A stretch of DNA of 59,601 bases from Gammaproteobacteria bacterium (GCA_011620135.1 WOZS01000005.1:1-59601), one strand, 5' to 3'. Counted from the first letter of the stretch, positions 8,639 through 18,426 are shown. The notes: generated from the letters alone by a model not told the origin. Made by a program: numbers and translations.

Positions 8639-10420
8639 TTGACCGAGGCGATCACAGCAACAACCAACAGCGCTCTGCCCTTACGTCTAGGTACATTTGA
8701 AACGCTAACAGAAGCCCTGGAATTCGCCGCAGGTGGTGAGACGGGTTATAACTTTCATAATGGCCGCGGTGCCCTGGAAGAAGCCGTACCCTATGCGCTG
8801 TTGCGCGATCAGGCACAGGAACTGGCGCGCCGCCTGCTGGGCTGTGGGCTCAGGCGCGGCGATCGCCTGGCGCTGATTGGCGAGACCTGGCCTGGGTTCG
8901 TCCGTTTTTTCTTTGCCTGTCAATATGCCGGGCTCGTTCCCGTGCCACTGCCAGCCACCCTGCAACTGGGCGGGCACAAGGCCTATGTGAAGCGGCTGCG
9001 TGCCCTGGTGCAGGCCGCGCAGGCCACCATGGTGGCAAGCCCCATGAGCCTGACGGCGCTTGTGGCGGAGGCTGTGGACGAGCTGGGCATTGCGGTGGTG
9101 GATGAAGACCATCTGCTGGCGGACTGCAGAGCCAGCACCCAACCCCTTGTGCCATCGCGGCCCCATGAACTGGCCTACCTGCAGTTCACCTCGGGCAGTA
9201 CGCGTTTTCCCAGGGGCGTGATGATCACCCAGCGGGCGGTCATGGCCAACCTGCAGGGCATCGTCCAGCATGGGCTCATGGTGCGCCCGGGAGATCGCTG
9301 TGTCTCCTGGCTGCCGTTTTATCACGACATGGGGTTGGTGGGGCTGGTGTTGGGCCCCTTGGCAAGCCAGCTTTCCGTGGATTACCTGCGGACCAGCGAT
9401 TTTGCCATGCGTCCCCGGCAATGGCTGCATCTCATGAGTCAACTCGAGGCCACCATCTCTTTTGGACCGCCTTTCGGCTATGAGCTTTGTGCCCGGCGCC
9501 TGCGCTCTGGGGATATCGCCGAATTGCGCCTGCACGCCTGGCGGGTGGCGGGCGTGGGTGCTGAGACCATCCGCATCGACTCGCTCAAGCGTTTTGCACA
9601 ATTGCTGGAACCTGCGGGCTTCGATGCCCGTGCCTTCGTGCCTTGCTATGGGATGGCCGAATGCTCCCTGGCGGTGAGTTTTGCGCCCTTGGGTCAGGGT
9701 GTGACCATCGAGCAGCTTCACGGAGAAATCCTGGCCCAGGACCTCAGGGCCGTGCCCGCCGATCCGCAGACAGCGCGTCGCGTGGAACTGGCCCGTTGCG
9801 GCCGGGTGCTGCCCGGACTGGAATTGGCTGTGCGCGATGGCCTGGGCCGGCCGGTGGCCGAGCGTACCTTGGGCGTGGTCCATGTGCGTGGCCCCTCTGT
9901 CATGGAAGGCTATTTTGCCGATCAGGCGGCCACAGCAGAGGTCCTCTCGCCAGACGGTTGGCTCAACACGGGTGATGTGGGCTATCTGGTGGATGGCGAG
10001 CTGGTAATCACGGGGCGCATCAAGGATATGATCGTGATCCATGGACGCAACATTTGGCCGCAGGATCTGGAGATGCTGGCCGAACAGCACGAGGGTGTTC
10101 GGCCAGGCGATAGCTCGGCGTTTGCTGTGGTGGATCCTGGCGGTGGCGAGTTGGCGGTGCTGGTGATCCAGTGCCGTGCCAAGGATGATCAGGAGCGTGC
10201 CGGGTTGATCGGCGCCCTGCGGTCAGCCATTCAGGCCGAGTTCGGTATCGATTGCCTGATCGACCTGGTGCCACCTCATACCCTGCCGCGCACCTCCAGC
10301 GGCAAACTGTCCCGTTCCGGCGCGCGACAGGATTTTCTGCGCCGTCGCAGCTGGCCCCAGGCCGATACCCAGGCCATGGGTCTGGAAGGATTGGAGGCTC
10401 CGCAGAGCGCTGTGGGATGA
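8639..10420 (+). CDS. Fatty acyl-AMP ligase / acyl-ACP synthetase
   Basis: LQFTSGSTRFPRGV, SWLPFYHDMGL, PCYGMAE, TGDVG, GRIKD, LPRTSSGK. TTG start at 8639 follows a GGAG RBS. Confidence 0.9.
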   Translation: MTEAITATTNSALPLRLGTFETLTEALEFAAGGETGYNFHNGRGALEEAVPYALLRDQAQELARRLLGCGLRRGDRLALIGETWPGFVRFFFACQYAGLVPVPLPATLQLGGHKAYVKRLRALVQAAQATMVASPMSLTALVAEAVDELGIAVVDEDHLLADCRASTQPLVPSRPHELAYLQFTSGSTRFPRGVMITQRAVMANLQGIVQHGLMVRPGDRCVSWLPFYHDMGLVGLVLGPLASQLSVDYLRTSDFAMRPRQWLHLMSQLEATISFGPPFGYELCARRLRSGDIAELRLHAWRVAGVGAETIRIDSLKRFAQLLEPAGFDARAFVPCYGMAECSLAVSFAPLGQGVTIEQLHGEILAQDLRAVPADPQTARRVELARCGRVLPGLELAVRDGLGRPVAERTLGVVHVRGPSVMEGYFADQAATAEVLSPDGWLNTGDVGYLVDGELVITGRIKDMIVIHGRNIWPQDLEMLAEQHEGVRPGDSSAFAVVDPGGGELAVLVIQCRAKDDQERAGLIGALRSAIQAEFGIDCLIDLVPPHTLPRTSSGKLSRSGARQDFLRRRSWPQADTQAMGLEGLEAPQSAVG

Positions 10421-10424
10421 GGCG

Positions 10425-11348
10425 ATGGCGCTTGTCGCCTTGACCGGGGCCACGGGTTTCGTGGGTAGCGCCCTTGCTCGTTTCCTCATGCAGCGCGGCG
10501 ATCGGGTGCGTCTCCTCCACCGCAGTGAAGCACCTCCTTTTGCCCTCTCTCAGGGCTCCATGTGGGTGCGGGGCGACCTTGACGACCAGGCCGCCCTGGA
10601 TAGAGTGGTTGACGCAACCGATGCGGTGGTTCACTGCGCTGGGGCCATTCGCGGTGCTACAGCGGCAGTCTTTCAGCACACCAACGTGACAGGGACCAAA
10701 AACCTGATGAATGCAGTGAGCAGACAGCCCATGGTGCCATATCTGGTGGTGCTCTCCTCGCTGGCCGCCCGTGAGCCCCAGCTGTCTCATTACGCCAGAA
10801 GCAAGCAGGACGAGGAGCAGGTGGTGGCCCAGAGCGGTCATGCTGCTGTGGTACTGCGACCGCCGGCCATCTATGGACCGGGGGACAAAAGCCTGGCTGA
10901 CCTGTTTGCCTTCCTGCAGCGGGGTTGGTGTCCCATGGTCGGGCGGGGCCGGTTTTCATTGCTTTATATCCATGATCTGCTGGAGGCCATCGCTGTGCTG
11001 CTGCAGCAGCGTCCCTGTGGCGTCATGGCCTTACATGATGGTCGGGAAGGGGGCTATGGCTGGGCGGATGTGGCTCAGGCAGCCCAAAGCGTACTGGGGC
11101 GTCGCGTGCGCTGTTTCAGGCTGCCAGACAACCTGGTGCGTGTGCTGGCGGCCTGCAATACGGCGCTGGGACGGCTGCGGCGTGCCGATCCCCTGTTCAC
11201 CACCGGCAAGGCCCGCGAGCTGCTCCACGCCGACTGGGTCTGTGACAATGCGGCCATCCTAGCGGCGTGCTCCTGGCAGCCCGCATGGCCATTGGCTCGG
11301 GCCATGGGGGCCATGTGGGGCCAGCAGGGCACCCAGGGAATGCCATAA
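10425..11348 (+). CDS. cerR: Extended SDR NAD(P)-dependent reductase, probable ceramide (3-oxo) reductase
   Basis: TGATGFVG Rossmann motif, SSLAA, YARSK catalytic motif, RPPAIYGPGD. cerR identity inferred from its position between the ligase and ACP/spt. Confidence 0.75.
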   Translation: MALVALTGATGFVGSALARFLMQRGDRVRLLHRSEAPPFALSQGSMWVRGDLDDQAALDRVVDATDAVVHCAGAIRGATAAVFQHTNVTGTKNLMNAVSRQPMVPYLVVLSSLAAREPQLSHYARSKQDEEQVVAQSGHAAVVLRPPAIYGPGDKSLADLFAFLQRGWCPMVGRGRFSLLYIHDLLEAIAVLLQQRPCGVMALHDGREGGYGWADVAQAAQSVLGRRVRCFRLPDNLVRVLAACNTALGRLRRADPLFTTGKARELLHADWVCDNAAILAACSWQPAWPLARAMGAMWGQQGTQGMP

Positions 11349-11602
11349 TGGCCCAAGAAAAGCAGGTGGCCCAGGTGATCCTACAGGCCCTGGCGCCATG
11401 GAGTGCACAGCCTGTGACCGAAACCAGCCGGTTTGGAGAGGATATTGCGCTGGATTCGGTGCAATTGATGGAGCTTTTGATGGCGCTCGAGGATCATTTC
11501 GACATAACCATTCCCATGAATGCCGTGGGCGATGTGGCAACAGTGGGAGATCTGTGTGACCTGTTGACCAGGATCCTGGCTGCCCGGGATCGGGGTACGT
11601 GA
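11348..11602 (+). CDS. Dedicated acyl carrier protein
   Basis: 84 aa, acidic, LDSVQLMEL phosphopantetheine site (Ser37), LEDHFDITIP. TAATG overlap with the upstream stop. Confidence 0.9.
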   Translation: MAQEKQVAQVILQALAPWSAQPVTETSRFGEDIALDSVQLMELLMALEDHFDITIPMNAVGDVATVGDLCDLLTRILAARDRGT

Positions 11603-12798
11603 TGCAGGCCAGACCACCTGCCATCTTTCGACGCCTGGAAGAACTGGAGGCTAAGCGTGCGCAGCTGGCCGCAGCCGGGCAGGTGGATCCTTTCTCCGTG
11701 CAGTTCGATCGACCGCTTTCGGCTACGGAAGCCCTGTGGCAGGGTCGGCCAGTGATCCTGTTCGGCAGCAACAATTATCTGGGGTTGAGCTTTGATGCCA
11801 CCTGCCAGGAAGCTGCCTGCCTGGCGGTGCGGCAAGAGGGTACAGGCACCACGGGTTCGAGGATGGCCAATGGCAGCTTCGCAAGCCACCGCGCCTTAGA
11901 AGAGCAACTGGCGGCCTGTTTCGGGTTTCCCTACTGCACCATGTTTTCCGCGGGCTACCTGGCTAATCTGGGCGTGATTGCCACGCTGGCAAGCGATGTG
12001 GTGGTGCTGGATGCCGAATCCCATGCCAGCATCTATGATGGCGCGCGCCTCAGCGGCGCTGATATCGTGCCCTTTCGCCATAATGATCCAGACGATCTGG
12101 ACAGACGGCTGCGCCGACTGGGCGCGCGGGCCTATGGGGCACCTGTGGTCATCGAGGGCCTGTACAGCATGATGGGGGATACCGCTCCCATCGCCGAGAT
12201 CGTGGCGGTCAAGGAGCGCCACGGCGCTTTGCTGGTGGTGGACGAGGCTCATTCCTTTGGCGTGCTGGGGGCGCGTGGCTGCGGCAAGGCCGAGGCCGAC
12301 GGCGTGCTGGATCGCGTGGACATGGTGGTGGGCACCTTCAGCAAGAGCCTTGCTGGGGTGGGCGGCTTTGCCACTGGGCCACACCCCCAGTGGGCTGCCT
12401 TGCGCCTGGCGAGCCGCCCTTATATCTTCACGGCGTCGCCCAGCCCGGCCACGGTGGCTGCCACCCAGCAGGCGCTGGCCATCATTACATCGGATCGGGG
12501 GGCTGCGCTCCGTGAACGGCTGGGTGGCCATGCCCGCAGGCTGCATGCGGGACTCCGGGACATGGACTGGCGATTGGGGGCCGAACCTGGTCCTGTGGTG
12601 GCGGTTGTCCTGGAGGATGCCCAGCGTACCTTGCACCTGTGGCATGCCCTGCTGGAGCGGGGCTATTATGTCAACATGATGATCCCGCCTGCTTCACCAA
12701 GGGGCTTGTCCCTGTTGCGGCTTTCCTTGAGCGCTGCCCACGGGGATGAGCAGATCGATGGTCTGCTCGCAGCTTTTGACGCCCTGCGTCAGACGTAA
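11599..12798 (+). CDS. spt: Serine palmitoyltransferase (alpha-oxoamine synthase)
   Basis: GSNNYLGL, GSRMANG, HASIYDG, DEAHS, PLP Lys in TFSKS, PPASP loop. These resemble bacterial SPTs more than BioF/Kbl; context agrees. Confidence 0.88.
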   Translation: MMQARPPAIFRRLEELEAKRAQLAAAGQVDPFSVQFDRPLSATEALWQGRPVILFGSNNYLGLSFDATCQEAACLAVRQEGTGTTGSRMANGSFASHRALEEQLAACFGFPYCTMFSAGYLANLGVIATLASDVVVLDAESHASIYDGARLSGADIVPFRHNDPDDLDRRLRRLGARAYGAPVVIEGLYSMMGDTAPIAEIVAVKERHGALLVVDEAHSFGVLGARGCGKAEADGVLDRVDMVVGTFSKSLAGVGGFATGPHPQWAALRLASRPYIFTASPSPATVAATQQALAIITSDRGAALRERLGGHARRLHAGLRDMDWRLGAEPGPVVAVVLEDAQRTLHLWHALLERGYYVNMMIPPASPRGLSLLRLSLSAAHGDEQIDGLLAAFDALRQT

Positions 12799-12856
12799 GT
12801 TTCGCGGTGAGGGGGCTTGTGCCCGGTATTCGCGTCCAAGCCGTGGCGATTGGCAC

Positions 12857-14128
12857 TCAGGGGCGATAGGCCAACACCTTGTCGATGCGTTTACCGTCCA
12901 TGTCGACCACCTCGAACCGCCAACCTTCCCAATCGGCATGCTCCCCAGTGGCAGGGATCTTGCCCAGCAACAGCATCATCATGCCGCTCAGGGTATGATA
13001 GCCACCCTTGTCTTCCGGGATGGCTTTGAGATCGAGCAGATCTTGCAGATCGGCAACGGGGATGAAGCCATCCAGCAGCCAGGAGCCATCGTCGCGCTGC
13101 ACGGCCCAGGCCTCTGCTGCGTCTGACACGAAAGCGCCCGTAACCGCTTCCATCACATCCTGCAGCGTCACCACACCTTCCACCTCGCCGTATTCATCGA
13201 TGACAAAGGCCATCTGGATGGGGCTTGCGCGGAATTGCTCCAACAACTCCATGCCAGTCATGCTCTCCTGGACATAGAGGCATGGTAGAGCCATGTCCGT
13301 GAAATCGAGGGGTTGATCCCTGACGATGCAGGCCAGTACCTGCTTGGCCTGGATCACGCCCAGCAGTTTGTTGAGCCCACCTTCGCATACCGGAAACCTG
13401 GAATGTTCCGATGCGATGAGACGTTGCAGGTTGTCTGCCAAAGGCAGACTGATGTCGATGAACACCACGTCGGCACGGGGGGTCATCAGCGAGCCCGCCG
13501 GGCGATCAGCCAGGCGGAAGATGTTGCGGGCCATCCTGTGCTCATGCTGTTCGATGACTCCAGACCGGGAACCTTCCTCAAGCATGGCGTAGATTTCTTC
13601 TTCGGTCACGTTGATGAGCGTGTTTGGCCTGACGCCCATGATGCGCAGCAGGGTGTGGGTCGATGCCGAGAGCAGTATGACAAAGGGGTGCATCAGCAGA
13701 GCCATGATCTGCATGGGTCGGGCCACCAGCCGCGCGATGGGTTCAGGGGTGATCTGTCCGATGCGCTTGGGGACCAGCTCGCCAATGACGATGGACACAT
13801 ACGTCACCACGACCACGACCATGGCGGTGGCACTAAAATCCGCCGTTTCCAGCGGTACAGCCAGCGACTGCAACCAGAGCGACAGCGGGGCAGCCAGGGC
13901 GGCTTCTCCCACGATGCCATTCATGAGCCCAATGGCCGTAATACCGATCTGGATCGTGGAGAGAAAGCTGGTGGGGTCTTCACCAAGCTTGAGTGCTACG
14001 GCCGCGGCATGATCCCCCTGGGAGGCCAGCTTTTTCAGTCGGACCTTGCGGGCCATGACCAGAGAGATCTCGGACATGGCAAAGAGGCCATTGAGCAGGA
14101 TGAGGAAGACGAGGATAAAAATTTCCAT
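12857..14128 (-). CDS. Hemolysin/CNNM family protein (DUF21, CBS pair, CorC-HlyC)
   Basis: NGLFAMSEIS, FLSTIQIGIT, GELVPK, HSRFPV, IDEYG, YHTLSG. Confidence 0.92.
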   Translation of the reverse strand: MEIFILVFLILLNGLFAMSEISLVMARKVRLKKLASQGDHAAAVALKLGEDPTSFLSTIQIGITAIGLMNGIVGEAALAAPLSLWLQSLAVPLETADFSATAMVVVVVTYVSIVIGELVPKRIGQITPEPIARLVARPMQIMALLMHPFVILLSASTHTLLRIMGVRPNTLINVTEEEIYAMLEEGSRSGVIEQHEHRMARNIFRLADRPAGSLMTPRADVVFIDISLPLADNLQRLIASEHSRFPVCEGGLNKLLGVIQAKQVLACIVRDQPLDFTDMALPCLYVQESMTGMELLEQFRASPIQMAFVIDEYGEVEGVVTLQDVMEAVTGAFVSDAAEAWAVQRDDGSWLLDGFIPVADLQDLLDLKAIPEDKGGYHTLSGMMMLLLGKIPATGEHADWEGWRFEVVDMDGKRIDKVLAYRP

Positions 14129-14131
14129 AGC

Positions 14132-16183
14132 TTAGAGCAGGTCCATGGGGTCCACATCAAGGATCAACCGCACACCCTTCTGTGTCATTTTCTGGGGGAG
14201 GAACCTGTGAAGGAAGGCGTGCAGCAGGCGGGCATTGCTGGCGCGCACCAGTAATTGTGCCCGATACAGGCCGCGGCGCTTGACCATGGTAGCCGGCATG
14301 GGGCCCAGCACCTGCACACCGCTTTGCCCCGCCAAAAGATTTCTACCCTGTTCCGCCAGCTGCTGCAGGGTCTGCAGGGGTGTATCCTCATGGCGTGCTT
14401 CGGCATGCAGCAGCGCCAGGCGCCAGTATGGTGGCCAATGGGTGGTCTTGCGCTGCAGGAGCGTCATGCGCACATACCCATCATAGCCCTGATCCAGTAG
14501 TGTGCGCAGGACAACATGTCGAGGCTGATGGGTCTGAATGATGACCAGCCCAGGACGCTCCCCGCGGCCAGCCCGGCCGGCCACCTGGGTGATGAGTTGC
14601 GCCATGCGGTCTGCGGCACGAAAATCGGGGCTCAGGAGCCCTTCGTCGGCGTCCATGACTGCAGCCAGGGTGACGCCTGGAAAATCATGGCCTTTGGCGA
14701 TCATCTGGGTGCCCACCACAATTTGCACCTCCCCGGTGCGCACCGCTTGCAGGGTCTGTCCCAGATGCCCCTTGCGGCGCATGCTGTCACGGTCAATGCG
14801 GGCAATGCGTGCCCCGGCAAAGCGTTCCTGCAGTGCCGCCTCGAGACGTTGGGTGCCCGTGCCCATGGGTTGCAGGGCAGGCGTGCCGCATGTGGGGCAC
14901 AGCGCTGGCAGCAGGCGCTGCAGTCCACAGTGGTGACACAGCAAGAAGGGTTGGCCTGGCTGCGTATGGAGAATCAGTCGGGCATCGCACTGGTGGCAGC
15001 CCAGGATGGCGCCACAGTCTGTGCAACGCACCATGGGCGCATAGCCGCGGCGATTCTGAAAGAGCAAAACCTGGCCCCCCCGTTGCAGCTGTTGGGCTAT
15101 GGCCTCAAGCAGGGCCGGGCTCATGCCGGCTTCCAGCTTCTGGTGCCTGCAGTCGATGCAGTGAATGGTGGCACCTTGCCTGTTCACGGGGCGCTGCTGC
15201 ATGATCAGATGCTGGTAGTGACCCGCCAAGGCCCAGCGCATGCTTTCCAGAGAGGGCGTGGCCGAGGCCAGCACCACCGGGATGTGCAGCAAGCGACTGC
15301 GTACGATAGCCAGGTCGCGCCCATTGTAGCGCCAGCTCTCGGACTGCTTGTACGAGGTATCATGCTCCTCATCGCAGATGATGAGCCCAAGTCTCGCAAA
15401 GGGCAGGAAGACCGCCGAGCGCGTGCCCACCACCACGCAGGCCTCACCGGTGGCAGCCGCCCGACGTGCGGCGAGTCGTTCCCGTTCTGTCATCCCTGAA
15501 TGAACGGTGGCCACGGCAAGACCAGGGAGCCGGGCGCTGCAACTGGCTGACAATTGGGGTGTCAGGCCGATTTCTGGGGTCATGAGCAGTGTCTGCAAGC
15601 CCTGGCTTGCGGCGGCGTGGGCGATGGCGTGCAGAAAGACCTCGGTCTTGCCGCTGCCGGTCACCCCATGGAGCAACAGTACGGCGCGCTGGCCCATGGC
15701 GCTGGTGATGGCCGCCAAGGCCTGCTGCTGGTCCGCGGTGAGCGGCCAGGCACAAGACGGTGAAGCCGCCACAGCAGATGCTGCGCCTATTGGGTTGTCC
15801 TGGCGCCTGGATGTCGGCAATCTGCGGATGGCAGCGGGCAAGGCGGCGGCCAGTGCCTGGCCGGGGGGGGTGTGATAATGATCGCTCGACCAGGCCAACA
15901 GGTGCAGCAGGTCAGCCGGCAGCACGGGTTCGGTGTCCAGCACCGCAATGATGGTCTTGAGGCGCAGTCGTGCCATGCTGGCTGCATGGCACGACCACAA
16001 CACGCCGACCCGTCGGCTGGATCCTATCGGCACCAAGACGCGCATTCCCAAGACGAGATGGCTGTCCCGGGGTGCCAGATAGTCCAGGGGCTGGCCCGGC
16101 TGGCCAGGAAGAAGCACTTGCCAGACCTGTTGCTCTTGGTTGTCGTCAGTATGCGCCGAAGATTCGTTGGCTGTTGTGGTCAC
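14132..16183 (-). CDS. priA: Primosomal protein N' (replication restart helicase)
   Basis: GVTGSGKT, DEEHDTSYKQ, SATPS, four CxxC zinc motifs, GTQMIAKGHDFP, QVAGRAGR. Confidence 0.95.
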   Translation of the reverse strand: MTTTANESSAHTDDNQEQQVWQVLLPGQPGQPLDYLAPRDSHLVLGMRVLVPIGSSRRVGVLWSCHAASMARLRLKTIIAVLDTEPVLPADLLHLLAWSSDHYHTPPGQALAAALPAAIRRLPTSRRQDNPIGAASAVAASPSCAWPLTADQQQALAAITSAMGQRAVLLLHGVTGSGKTEVFLHAIAHAAASQGLQTLLMTPEIGLTPQLSASCSARLPGLAVATVHSGMTERERLAARRAAATGEACVVVGTRSAVFLPFARLGLIICDEEHDTSYKQSESWRYNGRDLAIVRSRLLHIPVVLASATPSLESMRWALAGHYQHLIMQQRPVNRQGATIHCIDCRHQKLEAGMSPALLEAIAQQLQRGGQVLLFQNRRGYAPMVRCTDCGAILGCHQCDARLILHTQPGQPFLLCHHCGLQRLLPALCPTCGTPALQPMGTGTQRLEAALQERFAGARIARIDRDSMRRKGHLGQTLQAVRTGEVQIVVGTQMIAKGHDFPGVTLAAVMDADEGLLSPDFRAADRMAQLITQVAGRAGRGERPGLVIIQTHQPRHVVLRTLLDQGYDGYVRMTLLQRKTTHWPPYWRLALLHAEARHEDTPLQTLQQLAEQGRNLLAGQSGVQVLGPMPATMVKRRGLYRAQLLVRASNARLLHAFLHRFLPQKMTQKGVRLILDVDPMDLL

Positions 16184-17331
16184 GGGGTGGCGGGCTGATC
16201 GTCATGCGCGGTCAAGGCAGCAAGCCTGGCCTGGCGTAACGCCTGGCCCAGCGCCTCACCCCGCAGACCCTGGAGCAACAGGGGTTGTGCCTGAACGCTC
16301 AGCACCTGGTCGATATCCCGCAGCAAGGCATCCCATTGGTTGGCTGGTGCACCGCATACATGCAGCTCAGCCAGCAATACAGGGGCCAGGGATCTGATCT
16401 GTTCCTGGTTGCGCCAGATGTCCAGGCGTTCCAAATGAGCAAAACGGCTCGCGGCATCCAGGCTCTGCCAGTGGCACAGCGCCTCACGGATCTCACAGGA
16501 ATGACGTGCCAGCCTTGTCACCAGTTTGGGGGCGCGCAGGCGCTCGCAAAGGCACGTGCAGCGTGTGCAGGGCCGTGGCGCTTCGCTGGGACTGCCGCAG
16601 GCCTGGGCCAGGGCAATGAAGCGCAGTCGGGCATCCACGGTGCGGCGCGCTGCCTCAGCCAATACCTCCAGCACCGGGCGCTGCTGCATGGCGCAGGCCA
16701 CCTCAGGGTAGACCACCCCCAGGGCGCCGGTCCCTTGCAGGACAGCATAATATTCAACAGGGCAGCTCTCGGCCAGCGCCTTGATGGTTTCTGTGTAGAT
16801 GCGCTCGGGCTGCAGGGCATCGAGTTCGCCGTTGTGCACCATGCGCTTGCTCAGAGCGATGGTATCGGGGTGGATCGTGAAGCCCAGCGGCTTGAATCGC
16901 GCTGCAAAACGCGCCAGGCGCAACAGGCGGATGGGATCTTCGGCAAAGTGCTCGTTGATGTGGCGCAGCACCCTGTCTTGCAGGTCGCGTTGTCCGCCAA
17001 ATGGATCGAAGAGCCGGCCGTCAGCCTCGTCCCGGGCCATGGCGTTGACGGTCAGGTCACGGCGCGCCAGATCCTCTTCCAGGGTGACGTGGGGGTTTGC
17101 ATGGAACGTGAAGCCATGATAGCCAGGAGCCACTTTGCGTTCGGTGCGGGCCAGGGCGTATTCCTCATGGGTTTCGGGGTGCAAGAAAACAGGAAAGTCC
17201 CGACCCACGGGACGAAAGCCCAGTGCCATCATTTCCTGGGGCGTTCCCCCAACCACCACATAATCACGCTCACCGACAGGTAAGCCCAGCAGGGCATCCC
17301 GCACGCCTCCCCCCACCAGATAGACCTTCAT
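16180..17331 (-). CDS. cca: CCA tRNA nucleotidyltransferase, short form
   Basis: VYLVGGGVRD, ERD carboxylates, GRDFPVF, LARTERK, EEDLARRDLTVNA, EDPIRLLR. Confidence 0.92.
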   Translation of the reverse strand: MKVYLVGGGVRDALLGLPVGERDYVVVGGTPQEMMALGFRPVGRDFPVFLHPETHEEYALARTERKVAPGYHGFTFHANPHVTLEEDLARRDLTVNAMARDEADGRLFDPFGGQRDLQDRVLRHINEHFAEDPIRLLRLARFAARFKPLGFTIHPDTIALSKRMVHNGELDALQPERIYTETIKALAESCPVEYYAVLQGTGALGVVYPEVACAMQQRPVLEVLAEAARRTVDARLRFIALAQACGSPSEAPRPCTRCTCLCERLRAPKLVTRLARHSCEIREALCHWQSLDAASRFAHLERLDIWRNQEQIRSLAPVLLAELHVCGAPANQWDALLRDIDQVLSVQAQPLLLQGLRGEALGQALRQARLAALTAHDDQPATP

Positions 17332-17374
17332 GCCAGAAAAAGAGGATCAGGGAGATGACAACCTGGCGGGCGGA

Positions 17375-18343
17375 TCAGTCGCTCACCGAGCGCAGGCCGG
17401 CATAGCGCCTCTGGCCGTGGTGACCGGCAAAATGACGCCTCACCACCGCCTCGAAGGCCAATGGCTCCGCCACACCCCAGCGAGACAGGTCATTGTTGTC
17501 GCAGACACTGGGTATGGTGAGCGAGGCCAGGTTGTCCCGGGAAAGCAGCGCACCAGGCAGACGTTCCAGGATGGAAGCGGCAAGCCTGGCCAAGCCATCC
17601 GGCATGGGAACCACCAGGCGCCTGATGGCGCATAGTCTCAACAGGGTGGTCACCATGTCCTGGAAAGTCAGGACCTGGGGACCGCAGAAACACCATCTGG
17701 AGAGACCGGGATGGTGATGGGTATTGGTGATGATCCGCGTCAGGGCCGTCACCAGGTCATGCACATACACAGGCGCCAACTGGGCCTTGGCTGATGGGAG
17801 TGGCAAAACCAAGGGGCTGAGGCGGGCCATGGTGAGCAAGCGTTGCATCAGGTGATCATCCGGCCCCACCACCACTGTGGGGCGCACCAGATGCACCTCG
17901 AGCCCACAGTCCGGGTTTTGTTCCAGGGCTGCCTCGTAGGCCCGCTCACCAGATGCCTTGGAGCGCAGGTAGGCGCTGGGGGCATCCTGGGCAACGCCTG
18001 CGGCACTGATGTGGATCAGGCGGCGACAGTTGCTCTCCATGGCAAGCCGCACCAGGCGTCGCGGCAGTCCAACATGGATGTCATCGAAGCCGCCGCGCCT
18101 GTTTTCATGGAGAATGCCCACCAGGTTGACGATGGTATAAGCGCCAGCCATGGCCTGGCGCAGTATATCCTGGTCATGTACTGAGCCAAGAAAAACCTGC
18201 AGATGGGGAAGTACCAGCAACCCCCTGGCCTGATCATAGCTCCTGCTGACCACCCGGATATGGCGGCCCACGGTTTCCAATTGGGCCAGCAGATGGCGTC
18301 CGATGAAGCCGCTGCCCCCCAGGACGAGTATGGGTTTATCCAT
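17375..18343 (-). CDS. Complex I NDUFA9-like NAD-dependent epimerase/dehydratase
   Basis: GGSGFIG, NLVGIL, YLRSK, RPTVVVG. Start at MDKP after a GAGG RBS; usual slt-cca neighbour. Confidence 0.85.
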   Translation of the reverse strand: MDKPILVLGGSGFIGRHLLAQLETVGRHIRVVSRSYDQARGLLVLPHLQVFLGSVHDQDILRQAMAGAYTIVNLVGILHENRRGGFDDIHVGLPRRLVRLAMESNCRRLIHISAAGVAQDAPSAYLRSKASGERAYEAALEQNPDCGLEVHLVRPTVVVGPDDHLMQRLLTMARLSPLVLPLPSAKAQLAPVYVHDLVTALTRIITNTHHHPGLSRWCFCGPQVLTFQDMVTTLLRLCAIRRLVVPMPDGLARLAASILERLPGALLSRDNLASLTIPSVCDNNDLSRWGVAEPLAFEAVVRRHFAGHHGQRRYAGLRSVSD

Positions 18344-18426
18344 GCCTGTTTCCTCGAGCGGGTTGCAATAGCAATAGGATGACCGATGATAGCATGCCAA
18401 TGACCATCATCTGGGCCGCCGGTTGG

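Noticed and set aside
8094-8639. 181-aa minus-strand ORF in the divergent gap
   Set aside because: No motif, atypical composition, and it overlaps the bcerS start and likely promoters.
11599-12798. BioF or Kbl annotation for the oxoamine synthase
   Set aside because: GSRMxNG and PPASP motifs and the ACP/cerR/bcerS context favour Spt; no bio or tdh genes are adjacent. A tree is still needed to exclude it formally.
17375-18343. NDUFA9-like SDR as the ceramide reductase
   Set aside because: It sits in the ordinary slt-SDR-cca neighbourhood; the SDR at 10425-11348 is the better candidate.
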